From the NCBI GenBank assembly GCA_023128415.1, contig JAGMEA010000011.1, forward strand, positions 1-60,178: a stretch of DNA of 60,178 nt, written 5' to 3'. This stretch comes from Candidatus Babeliales bacterium. GTDB taxonomy: Bacteria; Babelota; Babeliae; Babelales; UBA12411. A program made the position numbers and the translations under genes. Each line of letters opens with the position of its first letter. Within the stretch, counting starts at the first letter, position 1. This document shows positions 1-9,447 of the stretch, one piece after another. Under the pieces are notes generated by a model. The model saw nothing but the letters and a program-made list of their open reading frames with translations, made no database searches and was not told the DNA's origin.

Positions 1-564
1 TTTTATCCCTAAATCTAGCCCCATCTTTTTTTCTTTTTCTATATAAGCAGGCGCAGGTTCTTTTTTGCCATTCTCTACCAGTATGGAAATATAATAATTA
101 TTAGTAGCTATCCTTGAGATTGTACAAGTTTTTATTCTGCCTTCAAATTCTCTGTGTAGTTTAGCTTTAATATTTTTTATTTTGGGAAGATTAACCATAT
201 TATTGGCAAAATTTACTTGTACATGTTGGGGACACTGGTATGACTGTTTACCAGCATATCTTTTTTTGAACCGTGGATACTTTGCACTCCTTTTGAAGAA
301 CTTTGTAAAAGCTGTATCTAAGTTGAATAGGCTTGCTAAGAGTGTTTGGCTATTTACATCTGTTAACCATAACTGTTCTTTTTTCAAAGCCACTAGTTGA
401 TCTTGTAACATTCTTTTTGAAAGATTTTTCTTTGTTTTTTTGTAAAAGGTTTCTTTTTTATTTAAAGCCCAGTTATAAACAAACCTTGCACAACCAAAAT
501 GTTCTGCAAACTTTTGCTTTTGAAATTGATTTGGATAAATTCTATATTTGAAGGCCTTCAACAT
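1..564 (-). CDS. tnpB: RNA-guided endonuclease TnpB, N-terminal 188 codons (runs off window edge, no stop seen)
   Basis: Manual translation MLKAFKYRIYPNQFQKQKFAEHFGCARFVYNWAL...DVNSQTL...AFTKFFKRSAKYPRFKK...LPKIKNIKAKLHREFEGRIKTCTISR...GLDLGIK; RuvC-I Asp present in GLDLG. Confidence 0.93.
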   Translation of the reverse strand, partial: MLKAFKYRIYPNQFQKQKFAEHFGCARFVYNWALNKKETFYKKTKKNLSKRMLQDQLVALKKEQLWLTDVNSQTLLASLFNLDTAFTKFFKRSAKYPRFKKRYAGKQSYQCPQHVQVNFANNMVNLPKIKNIKAKLHREFEGRIKTCTISRIATNNYYISILVENGKKEPAPAYIEKEKKMGLDLGIK

Positions 565-628
565 CTACCTGCATCCTCAGTCATAACAACTGTATTACAA
601 TAACAAATCTTATAATTGGTGTAAATTA

Positions 629-949
629 ATGATAAAGAAAAGACGCGGAGAATATAAAAGCCACTGTCATTGTACGTATAGCCTCAAATACCATTTAGTG
701 TTGGTTACTAAATATAGAAAAAATTATCTACAGGCTCGAAGAAATTTGCAAGCAACTTTGCAAAATGCAGTATATTGATTTATTAGAATTCGGTGGCGAA
801 GAAGACCACGTACACTTACTAATCGAGATGCATCCCAACATTACACCCTCTAAATTTATTAACAATCTCAAGACTGTATCCTTTCTGTTGATGGAGCACC
901 AATTGATATTTTGAAGCTTTACATTGAAAAACAAACTATTCTAAAATAA
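629..949 (+). pseudogene. tnpA: IS200-type Y1 HUH transposase TnpA, frameshifted and internally deleted
   Basis: Three frames: HCTYSLKYHLVLVTKYRK / LEFGGEEDHVHLLIEMHPNITPSKFINNLKTVS / SVDGAPIDILKLYIEKQ; breaks near 720 and 882. Confidence 0.9.
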
Positions 950-1031
950 TTTCTCCAGACCTGTGGTCTTACCACTATCCATCTCCACCTAAATCAAATA
1001 GATTATAGGTGGCGAATTCCGCGGTGTCTTA

Positions 1032-2537
1032 TTAAATATTCTTAACAAACTCTACAAACAATCGTACTCCAACACCCGTTGCCCCAGATCTCAGAAAATT
1101 TACGCCTGGAACACGATCAGCAGTTCCAGCTATATCTAAGTGGGCCCAAGGTGTCTTTTCAACAAAGTTTTCCAAGAAATGTCCTGCTGTTATGGTTCCC
1201 GCACTATATTCAGGAGAACCACAATTAGATAAATCTGCAACCTTAGATTTAATGGCTACTTTATAATCATCATGCAACGGCATCTGCCACAACCTATCTC
1301 CACTAAGATTCCCTGCTGATACAAGCTTCTCTACTAAGCTATTATCTCTAGACATAACAGCGGTAAAAAAATGCCCCAAAGCAACGACACATGCTCCTGT
1401 TAAAGTTGCAATATCTATAATCACATCTGGATTATAGTTTTTTTCTGCATAACAAAGAGCATCAGCCAAAATTAAACGTCCTTCTGCATCTGTATTAGCT
1501 ATCTCTGCTGTCTTTCCATTCATAAATGTAATTATGTCATCTTGCCTGCTACATTTTCCACTCGGCATATTTTCAACTGCTGGAGCAATTCCTATAACAT
1601 TAACATTCGGCTTAATATGTCCTATGGCTCCCAAAGCAGCTATTACTGCTCCAGCTCCAGACATATCGTACTTCATTCCAGTCATATAATTGGCGGGTTT
1701 TAAACTAATTCCTCCAGTATCAAAAGTTACTCCTTTACCAACAAGAACAACCGTTGGAACATTATTTGAAACCTTGTGTTCGAGTACAATAAATTGCCCT
1801 TCTTCTTCTGATCCAATATCAACAGCACAAAAACCACCCATACCAAGTTTTTCAGCTTTATCTCTTCCAAAAACTGAAAATTTTAAACCTGTTTTACTTG
1901 CCATATCTTTTGCTTTTTCAGCAAGTTTTTTTGGCGTTAACATATTTCCTGGTAGGTCATCTAAGTGTCTGGCAAAATTAACTTGCTTACCTATAATATC
2001 TGCTTCTTTAAGAACATCCCTTGCAGAAGAATCATCAATATCAGGAGATATAAGATACAAAATTTTGTCTGTATCATTTTTATTTTCAGCACTCTTAAAA
2101 TCAGAAAATTCATAATCTGCCATATGAGCAGTAATGACAGACTGTTTGAGCAGCTCTAAAGAATCGATACCAAAATTATCGGAGGACGGTAATGAAAGGA
2201 CAGAAGTATTAATTTCATATTTTTTTATTGAGGAAACGAGAGTACCAATAGTACGTCTAAAATGCTCTAATACATTTTCCCAGGAAGTATTTAATTTTCC
2301 TAATCCTATAAAAAAGAATTGTACCAATTCGCCCTCATAAGTTCCTGTCAAAACAAAGGATTGATCTTTTTTACCCTCAAATTTATGTCTTTTAAAGATT
2401 TCTTCTAACTTTGGATAACAATCTTCTTTAATTTTATTCATATCAGAAGATAGACTAAAACCCTCATTTAATAAAAAAAAATAGCCTTCTACTTTATTGT
2501 CCCATAACGGTTTTGTTGAAAATTTTAAACTAATCAT
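1032..2537 (-). CDS. pepA: Leucyl aminopeptidase (M17)
   Basis: VGKGVTFDTGG, MKYDMSG, NTDAEGRL motifs. Confidence 0.97.
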   Translation of the reverse strand: MISLKFSTKPLWDNKVEGYFFLLNEGFSLSSDMNKIKEDCYPKLEEIFKRHKFEGKKDQSFVLTGTYEGELVQFFFIGLGKLNTSWENVLEHFRRTIGTLVSSIKKYEINTSVLSLPSSDNFGIDSLELLKQSVITAHMADYEFSDFKSAENKNDTDKILYLISPDIDDSSARDVLKEADIIGKQVNFARHLDDLPGNMLTPKKLAEKAKDMASKTGLKFSVFGRDKAEKLGMGGFCAVDIGSEEEGQFIVLEHKVSNNVPTVVLVGKGVTFDTGGISLKPANYMTGMKYDMSGAGAVIAALGAIGHIKPNVNVIGIAPAVENMPSGKCSRQDDIITFMNGKTAEIANTDAEGRLILADALCYAEKNYNPDVIIDIATLTGACVVALGHFFTAVMSRDNSLVEKLVSAGNLSGDRLWQMPLHDDYKVAIKSKVADLSNCGSPEYSAGTITAGHFLENFVEKTPWAHLDIAGTADRVPGVNFLRSGATGVGVRLFVEFVKNI

Positions 2538-2552
2538 ATTTTTTCCTCTCTA

Positions 2553-2930
2553 TCATAAATTTTTACTAAAAGGTTTTAAGGCTTTTTGAAGAACTTGAAG
2601 GGGCAATAAAACACATTTTATTCTAACTGGGCCAATATCTATACCAATCATTTTTAAAATATCTTCTTTTGTTAAGCTCAATATCTCCCCAATTCCTTTA
2701 CCTTCATATTTACTAAAAAGTATTGAAGCCGTAGCTTGACTCAAAACACAACCCTTACCCATAAAGTTAAGTTTGCTTACAGTCCGACCATTAAGTTTTC
2801 CTTGAATTGAAAGATAATCACCACATGCAGGATTATCATCTTCTGCAGAAAAATCTGAATCTTTTAATTCCCCATAGTTACGAGGATTTTTATAGTGATC
2901 CATCAATTCTTCTTTATATAAATCTGCCAT
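2553..2930 (-). CDS. sufU: SufU/IscU-like Fe-S scaffold or sulfur-transfer protein
   Basis: DHYKNPRN, NPACGD, GCVLSQA, RIKC; adjacent to sufS. Confidence 0.88.
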   Translation of the reverse strand: MADLYKEELMDHYKNPRNYGELKDSDFSAEDDNPACGDYLSIQGKLNGRTVSKLNFMGKGCVLSQATASILFSKYEGKGIGEILSLTKEDILKMIGIDIGPVRIKCVLLPLQVLQKALKPFSKNL

Positions 2931-2933
2931 AAA

Positions 2934-4163
2934 TCACCTTTTAAAATATTTTATAGCCTCTGGAAGGAATTTTAGAAGCCTATCTACATCTTGTTCTTCA
3001 TTATATAAATAAAAGCTTGCTCTTGCTGTTGCCTCTGCACCAAGCAGCACATGCAAAGGTTGTGCACAATGATGACCAACTCTAATACAAATATCATTGG
3101 TGTTAAGATGAGCAGCTATGTCATGCGCATGTATATTTTTCACAACAAAGCTCACCAAGTGGCCATAATCCCTTATCAAATCTCGATTGCCAAAAATTTC
3201 AACTTCTGGAATTTGTTCTAAACCATCAATCAATTTTCCACAAAGATAGGATTCAAATTTGGCTAACTCTTTAAAATCAATTTTATTTAAATAATCAACC
3301 GCTGTTCCCAAAGCAATGACTTCGGCAATTGGAGTAGTACCTGCTTCATACTTATAAGGGGATTCTTTCCAAATAGATTTATCAAATACTGCAGAGTAAA
3401 CCATGGAACCACCAACTTGGTATGGCTCTAATTGATCATGAAGATCCTTTTTTATATATAAGACACCAACTCCAGTTGGCCCTAACATCTTGTGTCCAGA
3501 AAATGCAACAAAGTCTGCCCCTAGCATTTGAACGTCAATGACAGCGTTTGGAACACTCTGTGCTGCATCTAAAACAATTTTGGCTCCAACCTTGTGAGCG
3601 TCTTCAATTAATGCCTTTATTTCATTTATCCCATTCTTCCAAATTGGACCAAGAACATTAGAACAAACTGAAACAGAAACGATTTTTGTTTTAGACGTTA
3701 TAAGGCCATCCCATTTGAGAGTAAAATCATCTAAATCTAATTTTATATATTTGAGAGTTAAATTTAATTCTTTGGCAAGTCTTTGCCATGGAAGTAAGTT
3801 AGCATGATGTTCCGCCTGAGTTATAATTATTTCATCACCAGGAGATAATTTTCTTCTGGCCCAAGCATCTACAACAAAATTAATTCCTTCTGTTGTCCCA
3901 CTAGTAAAAATAACCTCACTCAAACTTTCTGCATTAATAAATTTTGCAACTTTATCTCGCGCTTCCTCATACTTGCTGCTGGCCTTTTCAGCAATATCGT
4001 AAATTCCACGATGAACATTAGAATTATAATTTTGATAAAAATCAATTAAAGATTCTATAACTATTTTAGGTTTTTGAGAGGTAGCTGCACTATCAAGATA
4101 AACTTTATCTTTAAGCTCTCCTGAAGTGAAAATTGGAAAATCTTTTTTCAGATTAAAAACCAT
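2934..4163 (-). CDS. sufS: Cysteine desulfurase, SufS type (start revised to ATG 4163)
   Basis: YLDSAATSQKP, FSGHKMLGPTG, RVGHHCAQP. Confidence 0.95.
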   Translation of the reverse strand: MVFNLKKDFPIFTSGELKDKVYLDSAATSQKPKIVIESLIDFYQNYNSNVHRGIYDIAEKASSKYEEARDKVAKFINAESLSEVIFTSGTTEGINFVVDAWARRKLSPGDEIIITQAEHHANLLPWQRLAKELNLTLKYIKLDLDDFTLKWDGLITSKTKIVSVSVCSNVLGPIWKNGINEIKALIEDAHKVGAKIVLDAAQSVPNAVIDVQMLGADFVAFSGHKMLGPTGVGVLYIKKDLHDQLEPYQVGGSMVYSAVFDKSIWKESPYKYEAGTTPIAEVIALGTAVDYLNKIDFKELAKFESYLCGKLIDGLEQIPEVEIFGNRDLIRDYGHLVSFVVKNIHAHDIAAHLNTNDICIRVGHHCAQPLHVLLGAEATARASFYLYNEEQDVDRLLKFLPEAIKYFKR

Positions 4164-4350
4164 TATTATCCCTAAAGATTTAGGTTGAAATAAAATATCT
4201 GCACCCGTACATAATGCCAAAATATTGTTATGTAGAAACAGAAAACATTGAAAAAAACTAATAATCGCTTCTAAAATCGATTACCTCAATAAAAGTTAAA
4301 GAGGCATTGAATTTCATAAAATATTTATCGAGAGATAAAGCTTGAAAAAT

Positions 4351-4692
4351 TCAAGTTACCCTGGTTCCATTCTCAACAATCTCAGAAGTCATTATTAACG
4401 CCATTTTACCCTGAGAATCCTTAGAAAAAAGTAACATACCCTGAGACTCTAAATCTAACATTTTACGTGGAGGCAAATTAACAACACAAACACCTTATTT
4501 ACCTATCAAATCTTCCGGCTTAAAAAATTTTGCAACCCCAGATAAAATTTGTTTTTTACCATGCTCACCTAAATCAACATCAATTTTATACAATTTAGGA
4601 GAACCCTCTACGGCCTCACAAGAAAATATCTCTCCCACTACAAGATAAACTTTTGCAAAATCATTAATATTTATATTTTCGATCTCTGACAT
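4351..4692 (-). pseudogene. Stand-alone tRNA-binding OB-fold (MetRS C-terminal/Trbp111-like) with in-frame TAA at 4495-4497
   Basis: MSEIENININDFAKV...KQILSGVAKFFKPEDLIGK*GVCVVNLPPRKMLDLESQGMLL...VENGTRVT*; the frame continues past the stop. Confidence 0.85.
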
Positions 4693-4693
4693 A

Positions 4694-6256
4694 TTATTCC
4701 TTCTTCTCTGGACGAACAAATAAAGGAATTTCTGGTTTTTTCAAATTATATGTTCTATTCCAAATATTTTTTCTTAATAACTCTTCATAATTATTTTTTA
4801 AATCAAATTTTTGCCCTAGACAATTAAGAAGAGTTTCCATCTTTTTAGGCATTATAGGCCATGCCATTAGCGCAACAGTTTCTAAGCAATGACAAACTGA
4901 TGAAATAATTTCTTCAAACAGTTCTTTATTTTCTTTAACAATTTTCCAAGGTCTTTGATCATTAAAATACACATTAATCTCTGAAATGAACTTCCAAAGA
5001 TCTGCTAAGGCAATATGATATTCAAAATGATTCATGCCATCCCAGTAAGCCCTATAAGCTTCTTCACACCTAACATGAAGAGAAGCAGAAGCTGGCTCTA
5101 AAGCTTTACTTGAAAAAACTGTTTCCAAATCATTGTTAATAGCTAAAGAAACAGTCCTACTTAAAAGATTTCCCAAATTATTAGCGAGATCAGCTGATAT
5201 TCTATTTTCTAGTTCACCAATATCAAATTTCCCATCTTGATGAACAGACATTTGTCGAATAAAATAATATCTAATTGGTTCAGTTCCATACTCCTTTGCA
5301 AGTTCACTAGGATCAATAACATTACCTAATGATTTAGACATTTTGTCTCCATTGGTCAATATATAACCATGGACTAAAAGTCTTTGTGGGATAGGCAAAT
5401 CAAGGGCCATCAAAAAGGCTGGCCAATATATTGCATGGAAACGAACAATATCTTTGGCCATCATATGAATATCTGCAGGCCACCATTTTTTAAAATTTTC
5501 TTTACTTGCTTCATCATCTTGTCCATAACCAATGGCTGCAATATAATTAGTTAGAGCGTCAGCCCATACATATATTGTATGTTCAGGATCTCCTGGAAAT
5601 GGAATCCCCCACTTAACAGCTTTTCTAGAAATGCTCAAATCTTCAAGACCACTTTTAACAAACGAAACGACTTCATTCAAACGTTCTCTAGGGATAATAA
5701 AATTCGGATGGTCCTCATAAAATTTTAAAAGTTGTTCTCCATAAGCTGAAAGCCTAAAAAAATAATTTTCTTCTTTTATTTCTTTGAGTTCTCGCTTACA
5801 TGAAGGACATAAATATTTAGAATTTTCTTTTAGAATTTCAGAAGTAATTGTTATAAAAGTTTCACATGGTACACAATACCAGCCAGAATATTCTGATTTA
5901 TAGATATCCCCCCTATCCTGAAGTTCTTTAATTAATTTTGTTACGGCAACTTCATGTTCTGAATCTGTTGTTCTTATAAATTTATTATATTCAATTCCAT
6001 ATAACTTCCAGGTATCCTTAAATGCTGGAATCATAGAATCAACAAATTCCTTAGGTTTTTTACCTTCACCTTTTGCTTTATCAGCAACTTTTTGACCGTG
6101 CTCATCTGTTCCAGTTAAGAAAAAAACCTCTTTTCCCATTAACTTTTTGAACCGAGCAGCAACATCGGCTAACAAAGTTGTATATAAAGTCCCTAAGTGT
6201 GGTTTGGAATTAACATAGTACAGTGGGGTTGTAACATAAAAATGATTATTTTTCAC
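4694..6256 (-). CDS. metG: Methionine--tRNA ligase (catalytic and anticodon domains)
   Basis: FYVTTPLYYVN, GTDEHGQK, Zn knuckle CxxC...CxxC, KDIVRFH, KMSKS. Confidence 0.96.
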   Translation of the reverse strand: MKNNHFYVTTPLYYVNSKPHLGTLYTTLLADVAARFKKLMGKEVFFLTGTDEHGQKVADKAKGEGKKPKEFVDSMIPAFKDTWKLYGIEYNKFIRTTDSEHEVAVTKLIKELQDRGDIYKSEYSGWYCVPCETFITITSEILKENSKYLCPSCKRELKEIKEENYFFRLSAYGEQLLKFYEDHPNFIIPRERLNEVVSFVKSGLEDLSISRKAVKWGIPFPGDPEHTIYVWADALTNYIAAIGYGQDDEASKENFKKWWPADIHMMAKDIVRFHAIYWPAFLMALDLPIPQRLLVHGYILTNGDKMSKSLGNVIDPSELAKEYGTEPIRYYFIRQMSVHQDGKFDIGELENRISADLANNLGNLLSRTVSLAINNDLETVFSSKALEPASASLHVRCEEAYRAYWDGMNHFEYHIALADLWKFISEINVYFNDQRPWKIVKENKELFEEIISSVCHCLETVALMAWPIMPKKMETLLNCLGQKFDLKNNYEELLRKNIWNRTYNLKKPEIPLFVRPEKKE

Positions 6257-6427
6257 AACAAGCCTCTAGATAGAAATTTTTTTGTTTTATTTCCAATAAC
6301 TAAGATTACAACAAATATTTATATTAAACAGTATTATAAGCTATTTCCTCTAAAGACTCCAATGAGAAATAGATTATAATAAGGCTTAGTAAAAATATTA
6401 TTTAAGAATTAAATTTTAATTAAAAAA

Positions 6428-6610
6428 TTAAAGAATAAAAAAATATTTTAAAAAATTAAAATTTCGAAAAATGAAATCTAAATCATTCGGCTTGAAATAT
6501 AAAGGAGCAGCTAAATACATGCTGTATTTATAAGGTACTCCTAAAACAATTGGTAGTAATCCCAATATAAAAGATATAAAAACTAAACACGCGCGATCTT
6601 CCTCTTTCAT
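6428..6610 (-). CDS. Small hypothetical membrane protein
   Basis: 60-aa ORF with hydrophobic segment and upstream AGGAG; no recognised family. Confidence 0.35.
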   Translation of the reverse strand: MKEEDRACLVFISFILGLLPIVLGVPYKYSMYLAAPLYFKPNDLDFIFRNFNFLKYFFIL

Positions 6611-6879
6611 AAAAGGATCTCCTAACTTCTATTGAAAAGATTAACAATTAATCCCCTAAATCATCATACATTAACCCTAACAAATATAGGTTTTAAATGC
6701 AAAGCCCCTCCTGAATCAGGCTAAATGCATAGAGGCTAAGAAATCTCTGCAGTTCTATTCATATTGAATCAACCCCATAAGAAAAATCTTGTTTTTGAAG
6801 TAGAAAAAATAATTTTTTAATAATTCTTCATTTGTGCTCTGCTTTCTGGATCAGCCGTAATGGTTTTATAAATGCCTTT

Positions 6880-8172
6880 TTATTTAAAACAACCTCTACC
6901 AACAGAAACTATTGCAATAATTAAAATAAAAAACTGATAATGCAAATGTGGAATTATTGAAACACTTGTAACTCCAGCAATAGAGCCAGCTAAAAGCAAT
7001 TGTGGTGCATATGGAATTACGCCCTGACAAATACAAGAAAAAATATCTAATAATGCTGCAGTACGTTTAGCGGTAATATTAAATTTCCCAGCTATTCGTT
7101 TAGCAACAGGTCCTGTAATTAAAATAGCAATGGTATTAATAGCAACAGCCATATTAACTAAAAAAATTAATGCCGAGATAGCAATCTCTGCCTCTGCCTT
7201 TGATTTAACCCTTTTGCTAAGCCTGTCTAATAAATAATCAATTCCACCATTATGCTCAGCCATTTTAGAAAGACCTGCTACAAAAAAAGATAAAATTAAA
7301 ACTTCATGAATACTTTTACTTTTTGTAAACCCTTCTAGAAAAAGTGATGAACCTGAAACAAAAGTAAAATAACCTAAATAAATTCCAATGCTAATTGCTG
7401 CTAAAATTCCAACAATCAAAACAGCAATTACATCTAAGCCCCATAAAGCCAAAACCAATATTAATAAATAAGGAATAAGTTTAATTAAACCATCCAGTCC
7501 TATTGGAGCAACGAACAAACTTAAATCTCTGGCAACTATACTATTATTAATAAAAATTAATACTAATAAAGTTAAAAAAAATGCAGGAGTAACTAAGGCC
7601 AAATTTGCATAAAACTTATCCTGCATTCTACAACCAGTGGTCCGAGTTGCTGCAATCGTTGTATCCGAAATGATTGACAAATTATCTCCCAACATTGCAC
7701 CTCCAACCACAATCCCTGAAATTAAAGCCGGAGAAATTCCTAATTTATATGCAAGCCCTATCCCAATAGGTAAAAATGCAGCAATTGTCCCCATTGAAGA
7801 ACCAATAGCAACAGCAAATAATGCAATAACTGTAAAAAATCCCGGTAAAATTAAAGCACTTGGAATTAATTTTAAGCTAAAATAAACGGCCGCACTTATG
7901 GCCCCTATTTTTTCTAATACATAAGTAAAAATTGAAGCAAAAATAAAAATATACGCCATAGAAATTACAGTAGTATTGGATGCCCCACTTACAAAAATTT
8001 CTATTTTTTTATTAAAGGAGGTTTTTTCAATAAACGTAAACATAGAAAACATTACTGCCAAAAGGCACGCAAAAATCGGAGAAATTTTTGATCCAAACCA
8101 AATCGTAGAAATCAAAAATAACGAAACAAAAATTATAAAAGGCACTAGTTGAAAAAAACCACCTTTTTTCAC
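6880..8172 (-). CDS. NhaC-family transporter (Na+/H+ antiporter or amino acid permease)
   Basis: Many TM segments; GSSMGT, GAMLGDNLSIISDTTIAATRT, IPYAPQLL motifs. Confidence 0.85.
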   Translation of the reverse strand: MKKGGFFQLVPFIIFVSLFLISTIWFGSKISPIFACLLAVMFSMFTFIEKTSFNKKIEIFVSGASNTTVISMAYIFIFASIFTYVLEKIGAISAAVYFSLKLIPSALILPGFFTVIALFAVAIGSSMGTIAAFLPIGIGLAYKLGISPALISGIVVGGAMLGDNLSIISDTTIAATRTTGCRMQDKFYANLALVTPAFFLTLLVLIFINNSIVARDLSLFVAPIGLDGLIKLIPYLLILVLALWGLDVIAVLIVGILAAISIGIYLGYFTFVSGSSLFLEGFTKSKSIHEVLILSFFVAGLSKMAEHNGGIDYLLDRLSKRVKSKAEAEIAISALIFLVNMAVAINTIAILITGPVAKRIAGKFNITAKRTAALLDIFSCICQGVIPYAPQLLLAGSIAGVTSVSIIPHLHYQFFILIIAIVSVGRGCFK

Positions 8173-8209
8173 TTGATTCTCCCATCAAACATTTAAATTA
8201 CAAATATTC

Positions 8210-9421
8210 TTATTTATTGTTTTTAACATGTTTAAAATTTAAAAATTTAAAAATACGCCTCCAACGTACAGACTTAGTCCAAAATCTCACAGGATTCTTT
8301 ATAAGTTCAAATAACCAAAGCGGTTCTTCACTATCTATTGAGTATAAAATAAGACTTGCTCTTCCATGTATAAGCTTAGAATCAAGAAGACCCCAGAACC
8401 TACTGTCTTTGCTATTTAACCTACTATCACCCATAACCCAATATTTACTCTCAGGAATAACTATTGGTCCAAATTTATCTACAATTCTGCCAAACTCATC
8501 TTTTGATAAAGTTCCAGGCATCAACAACCAAGGACGTAAAGTACCTGGCTTCAATCCAACCTCTTCAGAACTCATATTATAATAAGGTTGATCGGAAAAT
8601 TCTTTATCTGGAACATAGGTATAAAAAAGTGGATACTCTGTTGGTTTTAGCTTTAGCCATCCTGGAATAGGCAATAGCCCTATCTTATCTAAATCTATAA
8701 ATCCCGTTCTTTTTCCTATAGCAATTAAAGGATATGGGTTAACATAAGGTTCCTCTAATCTTTCACCATTCAAATAAATTACAGGCTTATCATTCTCTAC
8801 TCTACCCTCTACAGTGTCACCTGGTGCAGCTATAACTCGCTTAACAAAATTTTCTGGGCCACAAGGAAGACCAAATAAAGGCAACCCAAAGCCAACATAT
8901 TTTTGCCACAAAAAATGTAATTTATTGTGCGAATACTCAAACTTAGGATTATCAAACATTACAAGTTGATAACGTTTTGGTTTTCCACCAAATGAATACG
9001 ACATCTTGTAACCAAGAACTCTATCACCAACCAATAATGTCGGTTCCGCTGATCCACTAGGAACATGATAAAGACCAAAAACAGAATTACGTAAGATTAA
9101 AACAACGACAACTGCAAAACCCAAAGCCTCTAACCATTGAATCCATTCAGGCTTAGATAATTCATTGAGTGTCTCGTAAATTTTTTTAAATTCTGAAATT
9201 TTATTTTTTAAATCTGAACGATCAATATCTTCTTCTCGTTGACCCAAAACATATCTTATTTGTTGTACGTACCTTTCTGCATCCTCTAAAAGAAGGTGTC
9301 CCTCTTTGTGTTCTTTTTCCTGACCAGAAGCGGAAAAACTTTCTATTCCTCTTTTAAATGCAGGACTTTTTTTTACAAATTTTTCATATAACTTTTCAAA
9401 TTTATTTCGTAGCTTCTCCAT
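8210..9421 (-). CDS. lepB: Signal peptidase I, paralog 1 (N-terminal extension)
   Basis: VPSGSAEPTL (Ser), FVKRVIA (Lys), MGDSRLNSKDSRFWG. Confidence 0.9.
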   Translation of the reverse strand: MEKLRNKFEKLYEKFVKKSPAFKRGIESFSASGQEKEHKEGHLLLEDAERYVQQIRYVLGQREEDIDRSDLKNKISEFKKIYETLNELSKPEWIQWLEALGFAVVVVLILRNSVFGLYHVPSGSAEPTLLVGDRVLGYKMSYSFGGKPKRYQLVMFDNPKFEYSHNKLHFLWQKYVGFGLPLFGLPCGPENFVKRVIAAPGDTVEGRVENDKPVIYLNGERLEEPYVNPYPLIAIGKRTGFIDLDKIGLLPIPGWLKLKPTEYPLFYTYVPDKEFSDQPYYNMSSEEVGLKPGTLRPWLLMPGTLSKDEFGRIVDKFGPIVIPESKYWVMGDSRLNSKDSRFWGLLDSKLIHGRASLILYSIDSEEPLWLFELIKNPVRFWTKSVRWRRIFKFLNFKHVKNNK

Positions 9422-9447
9422 ATAAACCTTTAATAATTGATTAGCAG

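Larger units (their letters stand above)
1..1031 (-). mobile_element. IS200/IS605-family element (IS605-like, divergent tnpA/tnpB); right end lies outside the window
   Basis: tnpB on - (564 to <1), degenerate tnpA on + (629-949), subterminal hairpin at about 982-1013, left end immediately 3' of TTTAA (1036-1032). Confidence 0.9.

Noticed and set aside
182-934. ORFs 182-400, 333-551 and 728-934
   Set aside because: Antisense shadows of tnpB and tnpA
4195-4330. Possible inverted repeats or MITE between the tRNA-binding gene and sufS
   Set aside because: Only short imperfect AT-rich matches; no convincing termini or target duplication
4495-4497. TAA reassignment or alternative genetic code
   Set aside because: TAA, TAG and TGA all terminate conserved genes at the expected positions throughout the window
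6660-6879. Possible ncRNA or riboswitch near the NhaC-family gene
   Set aside because: Lies downstream of the gene and has no recognisable aptamer consensus; the upstream gap is only 37 nt
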